Positions 10,605-21,321 of a DNA stretch of 64,000 nucleotides are shown piece after piece (the first letter of the stretch is position 1; every line of letters begins with the position of its first letter). Position numbers and translations under genes: made by a program. The notes under the pieces were generated by a model. The model was given only the letters and a program-made list of their open reading frames with translations, was not told where the DNA came from and made no database searches. Source of the stretch: Nitrospirota bacterium (GTDB lineage: Bacteria > Nitrospirota > Thermodesulfovibrionia > Thermodesulfovibrionales > Dissulfurispiraceae); contig CAVPZX010000005.1 of assembly GCA_963710375.1 (NCBI GenBank), forward strand, positions 224,001 through 288,000, written 5' to 3'.

Positions 10605-11672
10605 ATGGAAAACGCAAAACTCAATTCACTCTTGATCCCTCCTGATACCACCATAAAACGGGCGATGCAACTTTTGAATAAGACGGCTGAAAAAATACTT
10701 TTTATTACCGATGAAAAGAAGAAGCTTATGGGCACACTGACTGATGGAGACATCAGGCGAGCACTTATAAATGGCATGCAATTTAGTGCCCCCGTTGATG
10801 CAGTGATGTTTACCTTGTTTGTTTTCATCAGCAGTGATGAAACGAACAAAAAAGAGAAAGCAAAAAAGATAATGCTGGAAAAAGGCATAGAACAATTGCC
10901 GGTTGTGACAAGAGAAAAATGTATTGTTGACGTACTGGTCTGGACAGATATTTTTGACGACACTATACTCAGCACAGAAAAGCATTGCTTCGAAAATTCA
11001 ATAGTAATAATGGCGGGAGGTAAAGGGACGAGACTTGATCCCTTTACCAGAATATTGCCTAAGCCGTTAATTCCGGTAGGAGACAAAACTGTTATAGAAT
11101 TGATAATGGAAAATTTTTCCAAAAGAGGTTTTTATAATTTTATTTTCACACTCAATTACAAAAAAGATTACATCAAAATGTTCCTGAAAGAGAGCGACTT
11201 TTCCTATAACATCAGTTTGGTGGAGGAGGAGGCCTACTTGGGAACATCGGGAAGCTTGTCCCTTTTAAAAAACATGATAACCGATACTTTCATAGTTACG
11301 AATTGTGATATTCTTCTTGATGCTAATTATGCTGATATTGTTAAGTGGCACAAGGAAAACAATAATATCATTACAATTGTCGGTTGTCACAAAGAGATAA
11401 ATATTCCTTATGGGATACTGGAAATGGATAAGGGCGTACTCTCAAGTTTTCATGAAAAGCCCAAATATGATGTTCTTATCAATACCGGTCTTTATGTGAT
11501 CGAACCTGAAGTTATTTCGCTTATCGCGGAAAACCGTTACATGGACATGAATATCCTTATTGAATCTGCGTCCCATAAGGGAAAGGTGTCGGTTTACCCG
11601 GTGCACGAAGGTTTTTTTGACATCGGGCAGTGGGAAGAGTACAGAAAAACTGTAGAGCAATTTTCAAAATAG
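10605..11672 (+). CDS. CBS-domain sugar-phosphate nucleotidyltransferase (PtmE-like)
   Basis: GTLTDGDIRRAL CBS pair, MAGGKGTRLDPFT..LPKPL and DIGQ. Confidence 0.88.
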   Translation: MENAKLNSLLIPPDTTIKRAMQLLNKTAEKILFITDEKKKLMGTLTDGDIRRALINGMQFSAPVDAVMFTLFVFISSDETNKKEKAKKIMLEKGIEQLPVVTREKCIVDVLVWTDIFDDTILSTEKHCFENSIVIMAGGKGTRLDPFTRILPKPLIPVGDKTVIELIMENFSKRGFYNFIFTLNYKKDYIKMFLKESDFSYNISLVEEEAYLGTSGSLSLLKNMITDTFIVTNCDILLDANYADIVKWHKENNNIITIVGCHKEINIPYGILEMDKGVLSSFHEKPKYDVLINTGLYVIEPEVISLIAENRYMDMNILIESASHKGKVSVYPVHEGFFDIGQWEEYRKTVEQFSK

Positions 11673-11677
11673 CAAAC

Positions 11678-12685
11678 ATGAAACCTTTCAAAGCAGGAGT
11701 TATAGGACTCGGTAACATAGGCTTCCGCTTCAACCTCGACCCAAAACGTAAAGAAACGTGGAGCCACGTCTCCGCATATGAGAGGTGTCAGGATACTGAA
11801 CTCGCAGCAGCGGTCGAAATAAACCGTGAAACCATCGACCTCTTCAGTCAGCAATACGGTAACGTACCTGTGTTTGATTCAGTGGGACGTATGATGGAGC
11901 ATCTGGACATAGACATCGCATCTATCTGTACTCCTACGGAAAGCCATGCCGCTATCCTTGAGGAACTGGCAGCATATCCGGTCAAGGCCATCTTCTGCGA
12001 AAAGCCCTTTGCTGCCTCGATTGACGAAGGGGCACGGATGGTCCGGTTGTGCGAGGGGAACGGCATAGTCCTTGCGGTCAACCACACGAGGCGGTGGGAT
12101 GCAGGATATATCACTGTCCGGGACATGATACGCGACGGGAAGATTGGAAATGTTACCGCTATTAACGCACTCTACCCGGGACAGGTGTTCAACATAGGTA
12201 CCCATCTTATTGACACCGTGCGGATGTTCATAGAAAAAGATGTGCGTGCAGTAAGCGGCATCTCCTTCAATATCGATAACCGGGACCCTAACATATCAGG
12301 TTGGATTGATTTCGGAGGTTGTATTCCTTTTACAATGTTAGCCACTGGAAAACGCGAAGACTTGATCTTCGAAATAGACGTGGTAGGCACTGAAGGAAGG
12401 ATTCGTAGCTTGGAAAACGGTGACAAAGTGGAATGGTACGCCTTTGATGAAAGTCAACGATATTCCGGCTATCGGGAACTTGTGCCGATGCCGGTAAAGC
12501 CTGTATCCAAAAATGACAGGCTTGTTGAAGCTGTAAAGGACATCACTGCGGTGTTAAAAGGGGAGAAGAAGACTGTAAATTGTGCCGGAATTGACGGTTT
12601 ATTGGCAGTATCTATTGCTCTCTCTCTGGAGGAATCTGGAAAAAACAACGGCAGACCGGTTTCTCTTGTCAGAACCGTTTCTTAA
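11678..12685 (+). CDS. Gfo/Idh/MocA oxidoreductase
   Basis: GVIGLGNIG, FCEKP and VNHTRRW. ATG at 11678 preferred over the longer ORF start. Confidence 0.88.
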   Translation: MKPFKAGVIGLGNIGFRFNLDPKRKETWSHVSAYERCQDTELAAAVEINRETIDLFSQQYGNVPVFDSVGRMMEHLDIDIASICTPTESHAAILEELAAYPVKAIFCEKPFAASIDEGARMVRLCEGNGIVLAVNHTRRWDAGYITVRDMIRDGKIGNVTAINALYPGQVFNIGTHLIDTVRMFIEKDVRAVSGISFNIDNRDPNISGWIDFGGCIPFTMLATGKREDLIFEIDVVGTEGRIRSLENGDKVEWYAFDESQRYSGYRELVPMPVKPVSKNDRLVEAVKDITAVLKGEKKTVNCAGIDGLLAVSIALSLEESGKNNGRPVSLVRTVS

Positions 12686-12718
12686 GCAATCCTGATTAAT
12701 TATAAAAAGAGGTGCAGA

Positions 12719-14089
12719 GTGTTAGAACTATCATTATTCGGCGGCGATCCAGTAAGAAAAAAGCCCTTTCAGAGCTCGGTAGTGGTGGACGAAAAAGAAT
12801 GGGACTACATTAGCCAGGTACTCCGGAACAAGGAGTTTTCCCGTTTTATGGGAAGCCCCTCCAAAGATATCGGCACGCTTTTGACTATGCCGTCCGACGA
12901 CGCTGAGGACTTGGAAGGGCAGTATTTCAGCTTTCTGGGCGGTAGGATGGTCCGTAAATTCGAGGCCGAGTTCGCCGGGAAGTTTGGCGTACCCTACGCA
13001 ATATCTCTCAACTCTGCAACTTCCGGCCTTTCTACAGCGTTGGGCGCCGCAGGCGTAGGTCCCGGTGATGAAGTGATTACCACCTGTATGTCCTTCAACG
13101 CCACGGCCCTCAGCATCCTGCTGTTTAATTCCATCCCCGTTTTCGTCGATGTCGATCCAGGGACCTTCTGTCTTGATCCCATGGAAGTCGAGAAAGCAAT
13201 TACCCCTAAAACTCGGGCAATTATGGTTGTGCACCTTTTCGGCAATGCAGCAGACATGGATGTCATTATGAAGATAGCGGAACGTCACAATCTTGTGGTT
13301 ATAGAGGATTGCGCCCAAGCTCCAGGTACAAAATATAAGGGGAAATACGTTGGAACAATCGGCCACATGGGCGTATTCAGTTTTCAGGAAACAAAGAACA
13401 TGATGACCGGTGAAGGAGGTATGATCATCACCGCAAACCCTGAATTCGCCCAAAAAGCCCGGCTCATTCGCAATCACGGCGAGTCGGTCCCCGATGATAC
13501 GTGGTATGATGACTCTTTAGTGAACCTGATTGGAATGAACTTCAGGATGACGGAGTTGACTGCAGCCCTGGGCATTGCGCAATTGGCAAAACTTGATGAA
13601 AACAACCGGATCAGGACGAACAACGCGCGGTACCTATCTGAAGAGCTTTCCGGTCTGCCCGGACTCACTATACCTGTCGTGATGCACGATGCTGTTCCTC
13701 ATAGTTTCCCTATGCTTTATGATGAGAAAGAGACGGGAGTGGAGCGGCATAAAGTGCTCATGGCGTTGAGGAGCGAAGGTATACCTGTCGGCTCCGGCTA
13801 TCTGCGCCTCATGTATGAAAATCCAATTTTCCTGAGGAAAATAGCTTACGGCAAGCATCATTGTCCGTGGTCCTGCCATCTCTACAATGCTGACCGTGAG
13901 TACAAACAAGGGGATTGTCCAACCGGAGAAAGGCTCCTCAGAGAGCAATTTATCTGGTTTTATCATATTAACAGGCCAAACACTATTGACGACATGAAGG
14001 ATGTGGTAAGGGCTTTCAACAAAGTGTTTGACAGGCTCGGCGATCTTAGAAATGCTGAGATCGACGGCACTTTGAGCTATAAATGGTGA
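12719..14089 (+). CDS. DegT/DnrJ/EryC1/StrS aminotransferase
   Basis: NSATSGL, EDCAQAPG and SFQETKNMMTGEGG. GAGGTG RBS upstream. Confidence 0.9.
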   Translation: MLELSLFGGDPVRKKPFQSSVVVDEKEWDYISQVLRNKEFSRFMGSPSKDIGTLLTMPSDDAEDLEGQYFSFLGGRMVRKFEAEFAGKFGVPYAISLNSATSGLSTALGAAGVGPGDEVITTCMSFNATALSILLFNSIPVFVDVDPGTFCLDPMEVEKAITPKTRAIMVVHLFGNAADMDVIMKIAERHNLVVIEDCAQAPGTKYKGKYVGTIGHMGVFSFQETKNMMTGEGGMIITANPEFAQKARLIRNHGESVPDDTWYDDSLVNLIGMNFRMTELTAALGIAQLAKLDENNRIRTNNARYLSEELSGLPGLTIPVVMHDAVPHSFPMLYDEKETGVERHKVLMALRSEGIPVGSGYLRLMYENPIFLRKIAYGKHHCPWSCHLYNADREYKQGDCPTGERLLREQFIWFYHINRPNTIDDMKDVVRAFNKVFDRLGDLRNAEIDGTLSYKW

Positions 14090-14805
14090 GAGCAATGGAG
14101 AACGCCCTTAACATCGTCGGGATCATTCATGCAAGGGGAGGGTCCAAACGGATTCCACTGAAAAACATAAAACCCCTCGGCGGCAAACCGCTTATTCATT
14201 ACATGGTAAAGGCGGCCCTGGGCAGCAAGTATCTGAGAAGAGTAATCGTTTCTACCGACCATGAAGGGATAAAAAGGGCTTCAATCGAAGCCGGAGCAGA
14301 GGCGCCTTTTGTCAGACCTGCGCATCTTTCAGAGGATTGCCCATCAGAGTGGGTCACCATGCATGCCGTGGAGTTTGTGGAAAACGATGAGAATAACAAA
14401 GTCGATATTGTGGTAAGTATGCAGCCAACGACCCCTTTCTGTTTGAGTACTGATATAGACGCATGCATTGAACTTCTTATAAAGGAGGAGCGGTTTGATT
14501 CAACTTTCTCCTGTAAAATAATTCATGAACGGCCCGAATGGATGTTTACTGTTCAGGATAATAACAGCGCGGAACTGTTTCTTGGAGGAGAAATCAAGGG
14601 CGAGCGCGGCGTTTTTCAATCGCTTCAGCGCATGGTTATGCCCAACGGAGCGGTCTACGCCACACGGAGGGATACCCTGTTCAAGGAGGGAGTGATTATC
14701 TCTAAAAAAACAGGCGTGCACATTATGCCGCCTGAACGGTCGGTTGACATCGACGAACCTATAGACTTTCTGTTTTCGGAATTTCTAATTGAAAAAATGA
14801 GGTGA
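14083..14805 (+). CDS. Acylneuraminate cytidylyltransferase (NeuA-like)
   Basis: ARGGSKRIPLKN, QPTTPF, NGAVY and SVDIDEPID motifs. The start may be 14095. Confidence 0.9.
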   Translation: MVRAMENALNIVGIIHARGGSKRIPLKNIKPLGGKPLIHYMVKAALGSKYLRRVIVSTDHEGIKRASIEAGAEAPFVRPAHLSEDCPSEWVTMHAVEFVENDENNKVDIVVSMQPTTPFCLSTDIDACIELLIKEERFDSTFSCKIIHERPEWMFTVQDNNSAELFLGGEIKGERGVFQSLQRMVMPNGAVYATRRDTLFKEGVIISKKTGVHIMPPERSVDIDEPIDFLFSEFLIEKMR

Positions 14806-14806
14806 T

Positions 14807-14992
14807 ATGATGAGTAAATTTTTAAAGGGGAACTACCAGGTTAACAACAACGGCTCTGCGCCATCCGCTCCGGAAGAGAAAAGTCTTGCGGAGATTTTTG
14901 AAGCAGAAGCACTGACGCAGCTTGGAGGGAGTATCGCTTTCGTTATGAAATCGAATACCTTCATATGGGATGATGATGAAAATCCCAAGTGA
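14807..14992 (+). CDS. Small hypothetical peptide (61 aa)
   Basis: Fills the gap between two genes exactly, has GAGGTG directly upstream and overlaps the next start. No family recognised. Confidence 0.55.
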   Translation: MMSKFLKGNYQVNNNGSAPSAPEEKSLAEIFEAEALTQLGGSIAFVMKSNTFIWDDDENPK

Positions 14993-16004
14993 AAAAGAGC
15001 TGCACATGCTTTCAGAGGCAACTTTTAGGAAAACTGCGGATGTTGGATTAAAAAACGCTGAAGCCAACCAGCCATACATTGGTAAGACGATAAAAGACCT
15101 CAAACGTGAAATGTCTGAAAAGCCTCCCAAACCGGCAATTGTTATTTCGGCGGGTCCGAGTCTCCATCGGAAGCGTTCTATCGAAACAATCAAGAAAGCT
15201 AATGGCAACTGCCATATCATTGCTGTTGATGGAGCTCTGGGACACTGCCTGCGCAACGGCGTCATACCCGATTTCGTTATTACCGTTGATCCTGATGAGC
15301 ACCGCATTATCAGATGGTTTGGAGACCCACGGCTCGATGAACGACCGGAAGACGACTATTTCAGGCGGCAAGATCTTGACCCCGCACTTAACACGAACGA
15401 ACTGGCCCGTAACAGAGAGCTCATTCAACTCGTCAACAGTTACGGTCCAGGGATAACGACCATCATATCCACTAGTGTAACACCGGAAATAACGCTCAGA
15501 TGCAGAGATGCGGGAATGCGGTTGTACTGGTGGAATCCCCTGTATGACGATTATGAGAAAAGTGACAGTGTGTCACGGAAAATCTATCAAATGAATCATG
15601 TCACCTGCATGGTTACCGGAGGGAATGTCGGGTCCTCTGCATGGGTCTTCGCTCATTCCATCCTGAACAGCCCTGACGTAGTCCTTGTCGGCATGGATTT
15701 TTCCTATCCCCCGGGTACGAATGTTTTGAATACACAGTATTACACAATTCTAAAAGAACTTTTTCCAGACCAGCCGTCTCACGGATTGATAGAAATACAT
15801 AACCCCTACCTTAATGAGACTTGGTTGACGGATCCCGGCTACTATTGGTACAGCCAATGTTTTCTGCAAATGGCCCCTCATGCATCGTGTAAGACATATA
15901 ATTGTACTGAAGGCGGCATTTTGTTCGGAGAAGGGATTGTGTTTTCCGGTTTGGCCGACACGCTTCAGGACCTTTTAACCAAAAAAGAGCATAGCCATGG
16001 CTAG
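14970..16004 (+). CDS. Maf/MptE-like (DUF115) motility-associated-factor family protein
   Basis: ISAGPSL, IAVDGAL, PDFVITVDP, GGNV, LVGMDFSY and YNCTEGG motifs. Confidence 0.82.
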   Translation: MMMKIPSEKELHMLSEATFRKTADVGLKNAEANQPYIGKTIKDLKREMSEKPPKPAIVISAGPSLHRKRSIETIKKANGNCHIIAVDGALGHCLRNGVIPDFVITVDPDEHRIIRWFGDPRLDERPEDDYFRRQDLDPALNTNELARNRELIQLVNSYGPGITTIISTSVTPEITLRCRDAGMRLYWWNPLYDDYEKSDSVSRKIYQMNHVTCMVTGGNVGSSAWVFAHSILNSPDVVLVGMDFSYPPGTNVLNTQYYTILKELFPDQPSHGLIEIHNPYLNETWLTDPGYYWYSQCFLQMAPHASCKTYNCTEGGILFGEGIVFSGLADTLQDLLTKKEHSHG

Positions 16005-17482
16005 AGTGCTCTTTATAAATCCGGTGATCAGACAAAACCAGAAGCCGGCGCATGTCCCTTTTGGCCTGGCTCAACTGGTCGCCATTTCAGTTAACGAGGG
16101 GCATATGGTGCAGGTGTTTGACGCCAATGCCTGGAGACCGACAGACCAGGATATCTGCGATGTTCTCTCGGCTGACAAGTGGGATGTTATAGCCACCGGG
16201 GGACTTGTGACAACGTATGGGTTTATAAAAAAGACCGTCCGGTTTGCCAAACAAATATGCCCTGAGGCGACGATTGTCGTAGGAGGAGGGATCATTACTC
16301 CCATCCCTTACGATATAATGGAACTTTTGCCCGAAATTGATATAGGAGTAATCGGCGAGGGATATGATACATTTCCGGAACTGCTGAAACGGGTTGATAC
16401 TAACAATTCTGACTGGCAATCCGTCAAAGGCATAATATTCAGGACGCGTGACGGGGCGGCACAACTGAACGAACACCGCGCTCTTAAAGAAGATATAGAC
16501 TCTCTTCCGTTCCCTGCCTGGGATTTTTTCCCGCTTGATATATATTTCAAAAACAGCAGCCTTCTGCTCAGCGAAGAGGCAATGCTTGCCAGAAGACATA
16601 TCAGTGTCATTGCGAGCTACGGGTGCCCTTTTAAATGTAAATACTGTTTCCATCTTGGCTTGAGTGGTGAATTGGAATCCAGGGATTGCAATGGACGAAG
16701 GGATGTCGTTATAACTCAGCAAAGAAAAGTCCGCCACCATAGTCCGGAGTATTTGGTAGATTTGATAGAGTATGCAAGGCGCAGGTATGACGTCGATTTT
16801 GTTTCATTTCTCGACGAAAATTTCTCTGTGCTCGCCAGGAAAGGCGCATGGCTCGATGCGTTTTCCAATCTGTGGGTGAAAAAAGGATTGCAACCTTCCT
16901 GTAATCGTGAAAATAAAGCTCATGATCAACGCACCTGTACGGGGGTCCACTGGGGCACATCAGCGCATGCAGTCTGTTGTCACACAAGAGATGCTGGTAC
17001 GCTTTAAAGAGCTGGGTTGTTCTCATTTAGACTTTGGGTTCGAATCATTTTCAGATGATATCTTGCAGTCCATTGGAAAGGGTGCAACAGTAAAGCAAAA
17101 CGAAGCTGCTGTCATAATGTCAATGAAGGCCGGCATCCGGCCCATCCCCAACCAGATCATCGGGTTCCCGGAAGAGACATTAGATAGTATTTTAGCCAAT
17201 ATCAAAGCATGGGAGAAACTGGGGATCATGAGTTATCCTTTCCTGGCCACGCCGTATCCAGGGTCAGAGTGGTATTTTTCTTACAAGGACAGGATACTGG
17301 AGCAATACGGGGGCGATTTGGAAAAATTCCTTTTAGACCTTGGCGACGCAACAAAAATTAGTGCTGTGATATCCAAAAACTTTAATGCTGTGGAACTGCT
17401 CGGTCTCAGGGAACTGATGGTAAACAGGGACGTGAAGAGAATCAGGGAATACGAATCCCTCAAGAAGAACTGCATCTGCTAA
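15997..17482 (+). pseudogene. Cobalamin-dependent radical SAM protein split by one frameshift near 16972
   Basis: ORF 15997-17007 (PFGLAQL, GEG, GCPFKCKYC) continues in another frame in ORF 16907-17482 (FGFESFSD, IGFPEET, PYPGS). Could be a sequencing error. Confidence 0.8.
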
Positions 17483-19434
17483 TGGGCGGGAAAGTCATAT
17501 GGGTCGAAAGACTCGGTGTTTTTGAAATATTTTATTTAGCTGCAAGGTCTCTTTTTTCCCTCATCGTTGTGCGTTACGACGGCCATAATGTCTCCGGATC
17601 CGGAAAGATCGCGCTTCGCCTTTTAAAGGGTTCCGGGTTATGCGACAACTTTTCACCTTTCAATCTGTCGCTCGAAAAAAGGAGACCTGACGGAGAAACG
17701 CTGCGGTACCTTCCAGACGAGATAATACGCTCCTGTATGGAGCAATTTTTTCTGGAACATGACGGCGAGTGGCCGGAAAGTTTCAGGAACATGATGAGCT
17801 GTTATATTGCCGGCCAGTTGCTCAGCAGGGTCGCCTTTGCGGCAGCAGCCGAAGCTGAGGCGGGCTGTGGAAGTGCTGAGAAGAACATGCTGCAGCACGA
17901 GCTTTATTTCAGGAGGCACCCCTTAAACAGGCTGCTTGTTTCTTTTTACAGGGAACGGCGATTTTTGGTCAGGGAGTCCGTCTGCAATAGAGAGCACCTC
18001 AAGTTTTTTGCCCGTCCCCTTCTATACCTGACGGCTGCTCTGTTATCCAAAATCCTTTCTCTTCGGACAAAGAGCAATATCTCCAGTATCAGACCTTCGG
18101 TTTGGGTCGAATATGCCCATAATGATGTGTGCGATTTTATGTTCTGGCGGAATGTCGTAAAAGCTGAAGATTTTGACATGGCGTATTATCTTGATCGAGC
18201 TGACACGCCGCTTATGGGCGGTATAACTGACACGATTGAGGCTATGGGATTGAAATGGGTGGATGCGCATTTTATTCCCATGTGCAAATACTTCGACTTC
18301 AGCGCGGCAGTAATCGGGGATTTATTACGGACACTGTTCCCGATGGATCGCAGGCATCCGGCGTGGTACAGGTTATTTGAGTTTGAACGTGTCTTCTGGT
18401 TTTCTTTTTTCCGTTCTGTTTATGAGAGGTTTATGGTCAGGGTCCTTATTCAGCATCAGGATACTTCATGGCGTCAGGAAGTTCAGGCAAGGGCGGTTGA
18501 ATCTGCTGGAGGTGTTATGGTCGGATTTCACTGGTCGAATTACCCCTCGGTCGTGACGCCGACGCTGGTTTTCCCATTTCATGTTTTTTTCGTTTGGGGT
18601 GTTTTGATAAGCGATTTTGTGAGGGAGGGCGGCAATACATGCAGCTACATTCTTCCTTCCGGTTACTCAATGCAGGGGGAAGATCATAAAATAGAACAAA
18701 CCGTTGCCCTTTCTGAACACCTGGATTTTGTTCTTGCTGTCTTTGACTCATCTGCAGCCTATAATATTCACCAGACGCCTGAGACGCTTTCACAGTTTTA
18801 CGTAAAACTGTTAGACCTCCTAGAAGGCAATACAAAATGGGGGGCGATCATAAAGAGCAAAAACTGGGACGTTGACGGCTTTTATTCACTTCCGTCCGGA
18901 GGAGAGATCGTGAGCAGGTTAAAACTGCTTATCGATGATAAAAGAGCGGTTGTTCTCGACACTGCAATTTCTCCTGCTGCAGCCGCTGCGCGCGCGGATT
19001 TGTCAGTATGTTATGCGTTGAACAGCGCAGGAATTATCGCAGGGATTCACGGCAGCAGGGCAATACACTGGGATTGTGCGGGCTGGGTGCGCCATCCCTT
19101 CTACAAAGACCCTGACCAACGATTTGTTTTCCGAAGCCTGGATGAGCTGGAACAAGCGATTACCATGGCAGCAAAAGGGGACTCCGCAATAGGGGACTTT
19201 TCAGGCTGGCAGCAGAAATTAAATTATTTTAATGACTTCAAAGCGCCACAAAGGGTGGGTCGCTTTATTCAGACTCTTATGGATGAGATAATAAAGACCG
19301 GCGACAATAGACAGTCGCTGGCTATTGCAGTGCGAAAATACATACGGGACAACAATCTCGGTGATGACTTTTTTGCCCCGGGGCACTTGTGGGAGCAGAC
19401 AGACATCCAGTACCCCATTACAAATAATGGATAA
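17482..19434 (+). CDS. Hypothetical surface-polysaccharide biosynthesis protein
   Basis: 650-aa ORF coupled to both neighbours. No firm family recognised, though the C-terminal half looks GT-B-like. Confidence 0.6.
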   Translation: MGGKVIWVERLGVFEIFYLAARSLFSLIVVRYDGHNVSGSGKIALRLLKGSGLCDNFSPFNLSLEKRRPDGETLRYLPDEIIRSCMEQFFLEHDGEWPESFRNMMSCYIAGQLLSRVAFAAAAEAEAGCGSAEKNMLQHELYFRRHPLNRLLVSFYRERRFLVRESVCNREHLKFFARPLLYLTAALLSKILSLRTKSNISSIRPSVWVEYAHNDVCDFMFWRNVVKAEDFDMAYYLDRADTPLMGGITDTIEAMGLKWVDAHFIPMCKYFDFSAAVIGDLLRTLFPMDRRHPAWYRLFEFERVFWFSFFRSVYERFMVRVLIQHQDTSWRQEVQARAVESAGGVMVGFHWSNYPSVVTPTLVFPFHVFFVWGVLISDFVREGGNTCSYILPSGYSMQGEDHKIEQTVALSEHLDFVLAVFDSSAAYNIHQTPETLSQFYVKLLDLLEGNTKWGAIIKSKNWDVDGFYSLPSGGEIVSRLKLLIDDKRAVVLDTAISPAAAAARADLSVCYALNSAGIIAGIHGSRAIHWDCAGWVRHPFYKDPDQRFVFRSLDELEQAITMAAKGDSAIGDFSGWQQKLNYFNDFKAPQRVGRFIQTLMDEIIKTGDNRQSLAIAVRKYIRDNNLGDDFFAPGHLWEQTDIQYPITNNG

Positions 19435-21223
19435 AAGAACGCAAAAAATCAGGCACTTTCTTTCTGTTGCGCGGCTTTATCTGGGTAAAACACCTCAAGT
19501 GCGTCTTATCCTTTTCATGATATTTGCCTCTGGCATAGGCCAGGTTGTCTCGTCTACAATTGTTGTGCCCATTGTGAGCGTTTTTACAAAAGAATCATCT
19601 CTCAGTGATTCTGCCCAGATAAGCGGATATGTAAAACAGGCGCTTAACCTGGTGGGTATGAAAATGTCCATCCCCAACCTGTTGTTTGCCATGATAGCGC
19701 TCGAGGTGTTTTCATATCTTCTGGTATATGTTCAGGACCGTCTCGTGAATCATTCCTGCGCTGTTTTTGTTCTTAATGTGAGAAGAGATTTACTGAACGA
19801 CTTGCTCAACGCGAAATGGAAGTGCCTTGTGAACCATTCATCGGGGGAGACCACCAGCCGGTTGACTGTTGAAACACAGAGAGCAAGCGCATCAGCTTTT
19901 GCACTATTGGACGCTATTGTTGCAGCCGGCTATATTTTGGTTTTTCTATCGGCTTTTCTTTTTTTATATTGGCAGCTGGCAGCCCTGTTGTGTTTTATAA
20001 CAGGTTTGTCTTTTTATCTCACAAGGGGATTGCAGTATAAGACACAGCGATTGGGGAACGATCAGACAGAGGAAAACAATAGTTTTATCAATCAGATTAT
20101 TGAGTTTTTGAGAGGTATAAAACTTATAAAGGTCTCGGCACTCGAAGACTATGCAAATAATACTCTTAACACCTCCAGTCAACGCAATCAGAAGAATATA
20201 AAGGACATGTCAGATTACCAGGCAAAGATGAGTTTTTATGTTTCTTCTTTCAGGTCTCTTACTACGGCTGCAATAATATTTCTTGCCCTCGTAGTGTTCA
20301 GGATTCAGATATCAATGCTTGTCTTGTTCTTCTATTTGTACCTGAAAATAATGCCTAAGATAAACCTTCTCCAGATCCGCATTCTCTCCTATTTTTCAAC
20401 TTGCAATTCGCTTGAGGGCATCGAGGAGTTCCGCAGCCGGTTGTCATTTGAAGAAAGCATGGGAAAAGGCAAAAAGATTTTTGAAAGGTTAGGAGAGGGA
20501 ATTGTGTTCAAGAATGTCTCTTTTAGTTACGGGGAACACAGGATTCTCGAAAACATAAATATAAAGATACTGCCTAAAATGAGTGTGGGAATTGCCGGTC
20601 CCTCAGGGGCAGGAAAATCGACCCTGGTGGATTTGCTTGTCGGTCTCCATAAGCATCAAAGCGGTGATATCACTTTAGATTCGACCGGCCTGTTTGATTA
20701 TAAAATTCGGACATGGAGAGAAAAGGTCGGGTATGTGACACAGGATGATATCATGTTCAATGACACCATCTGGAATAATCTGGTGTTTGGCCTTAAATCT
20801 GTTGATAAGGAATGGGTAGACCACTGCGTAAGGCTGGCGAATATGCACCAGTTTATCGGAGAAGCGCCTGACGGGTATGACACTGTTATAGGGGAGAGCG
20901 GTATAAGGCTTTCAGGCGGTCAGAGGCAGAGGCTCTCTCTTGCACGGGCATTAATCAGGAAGCCTGAACTGCTTATACTCGATGAAGCCACAAGTTCGCT
21001 CGACACAGAATCCGAGAGGATAATCCAGAGTTCAATAAGAGATATATCACACAAGATGACAATTTTAATGATTGCGCACAGATTATCAACACTGGCCGAC
21101 GCAGATATCATCTATGTCCTTGACAATGGAATATGTATCGAAGAAGGGACATACGCTGAACTTGTGCAGAAAGGCGGTTACTTTTCAAGAATGTACAACC
21201 TGCAAACAACCGGCGTAGAATAA
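19427..21223 (+). CDS. ABC transporter, fused permease/ATPase (MsbA/PglK-like exporter)
   Basis: Hydrophobic N-terminal half, Walker A GPSGAGKS, LSGGQRQR, LILDEATSSLD and IAHRLST. Confidence 0.92.
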   Translation: MDKRTQKIRHFLSVARLYLGKTPQVRLILFMIFASGIGQVVSSTIVVPIVSVFTKESSLSDSAQISGYVKQALNLVGMKMSIPNLLFAMIALEVFSYLLVYVQDRLVNHSCAVFVLNVRRDLLNDLLNAKWKCLVNHSSGETTSRLTVETQRASASAFALLDAIVAAGYILVFLSAFLFLYWQLAALLCFITGLSFYLTRGLQYKTQRLGNDQTEENNSFINQIIEFLRGIKLIKVSALEDYANNTLNTSSQRNQKNIKDMSDYQAKMSFYVSSFRSLTTAAIIFLALVVFRIQISMLVLFFYLYLKIMPKINLLQIRILSYFSTCNSLEGIEEFRSRLSFEESMGKGKKIFERLGEGIVFKNVSFSYGEHRILENINIKILPKMSVGIAGPSGAGKSTLVDLLVGLHKHQSGDITLDSTGLFDYKIRTWREKVGYVTQDDIMFNDTIWNNLVFGLKSVDKEWVDHCVRLANMHQFIGEAPDGYDTVIGESGIRLSGGQRQRLSLARALIRKPELLILDEATSSLDTESERIIQSSIRDISHKMTILMIAHRLSTLADADIIYVLDNGICIEEGTYAELVQKGGYFSRMYNLQTTGVE

Positions 21224-21321
21224 TATGTTTGATAATAAAGTAAGCAAATAAAGAATTAAGTTCTAAATAATCGGACACCATATAAGAAACCGGTATAGAT
21301 AATGAGAGACAGGAGAACCAA

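Noticed and set aside
10184..11122. 312-aa minus-strand ORF (and similar ones at 12734-13477, 23164-23934 and 49751-50419)
   Set aside because: Antisense shadows of clearly identifiable + strand genes, with no recognisable motifs.
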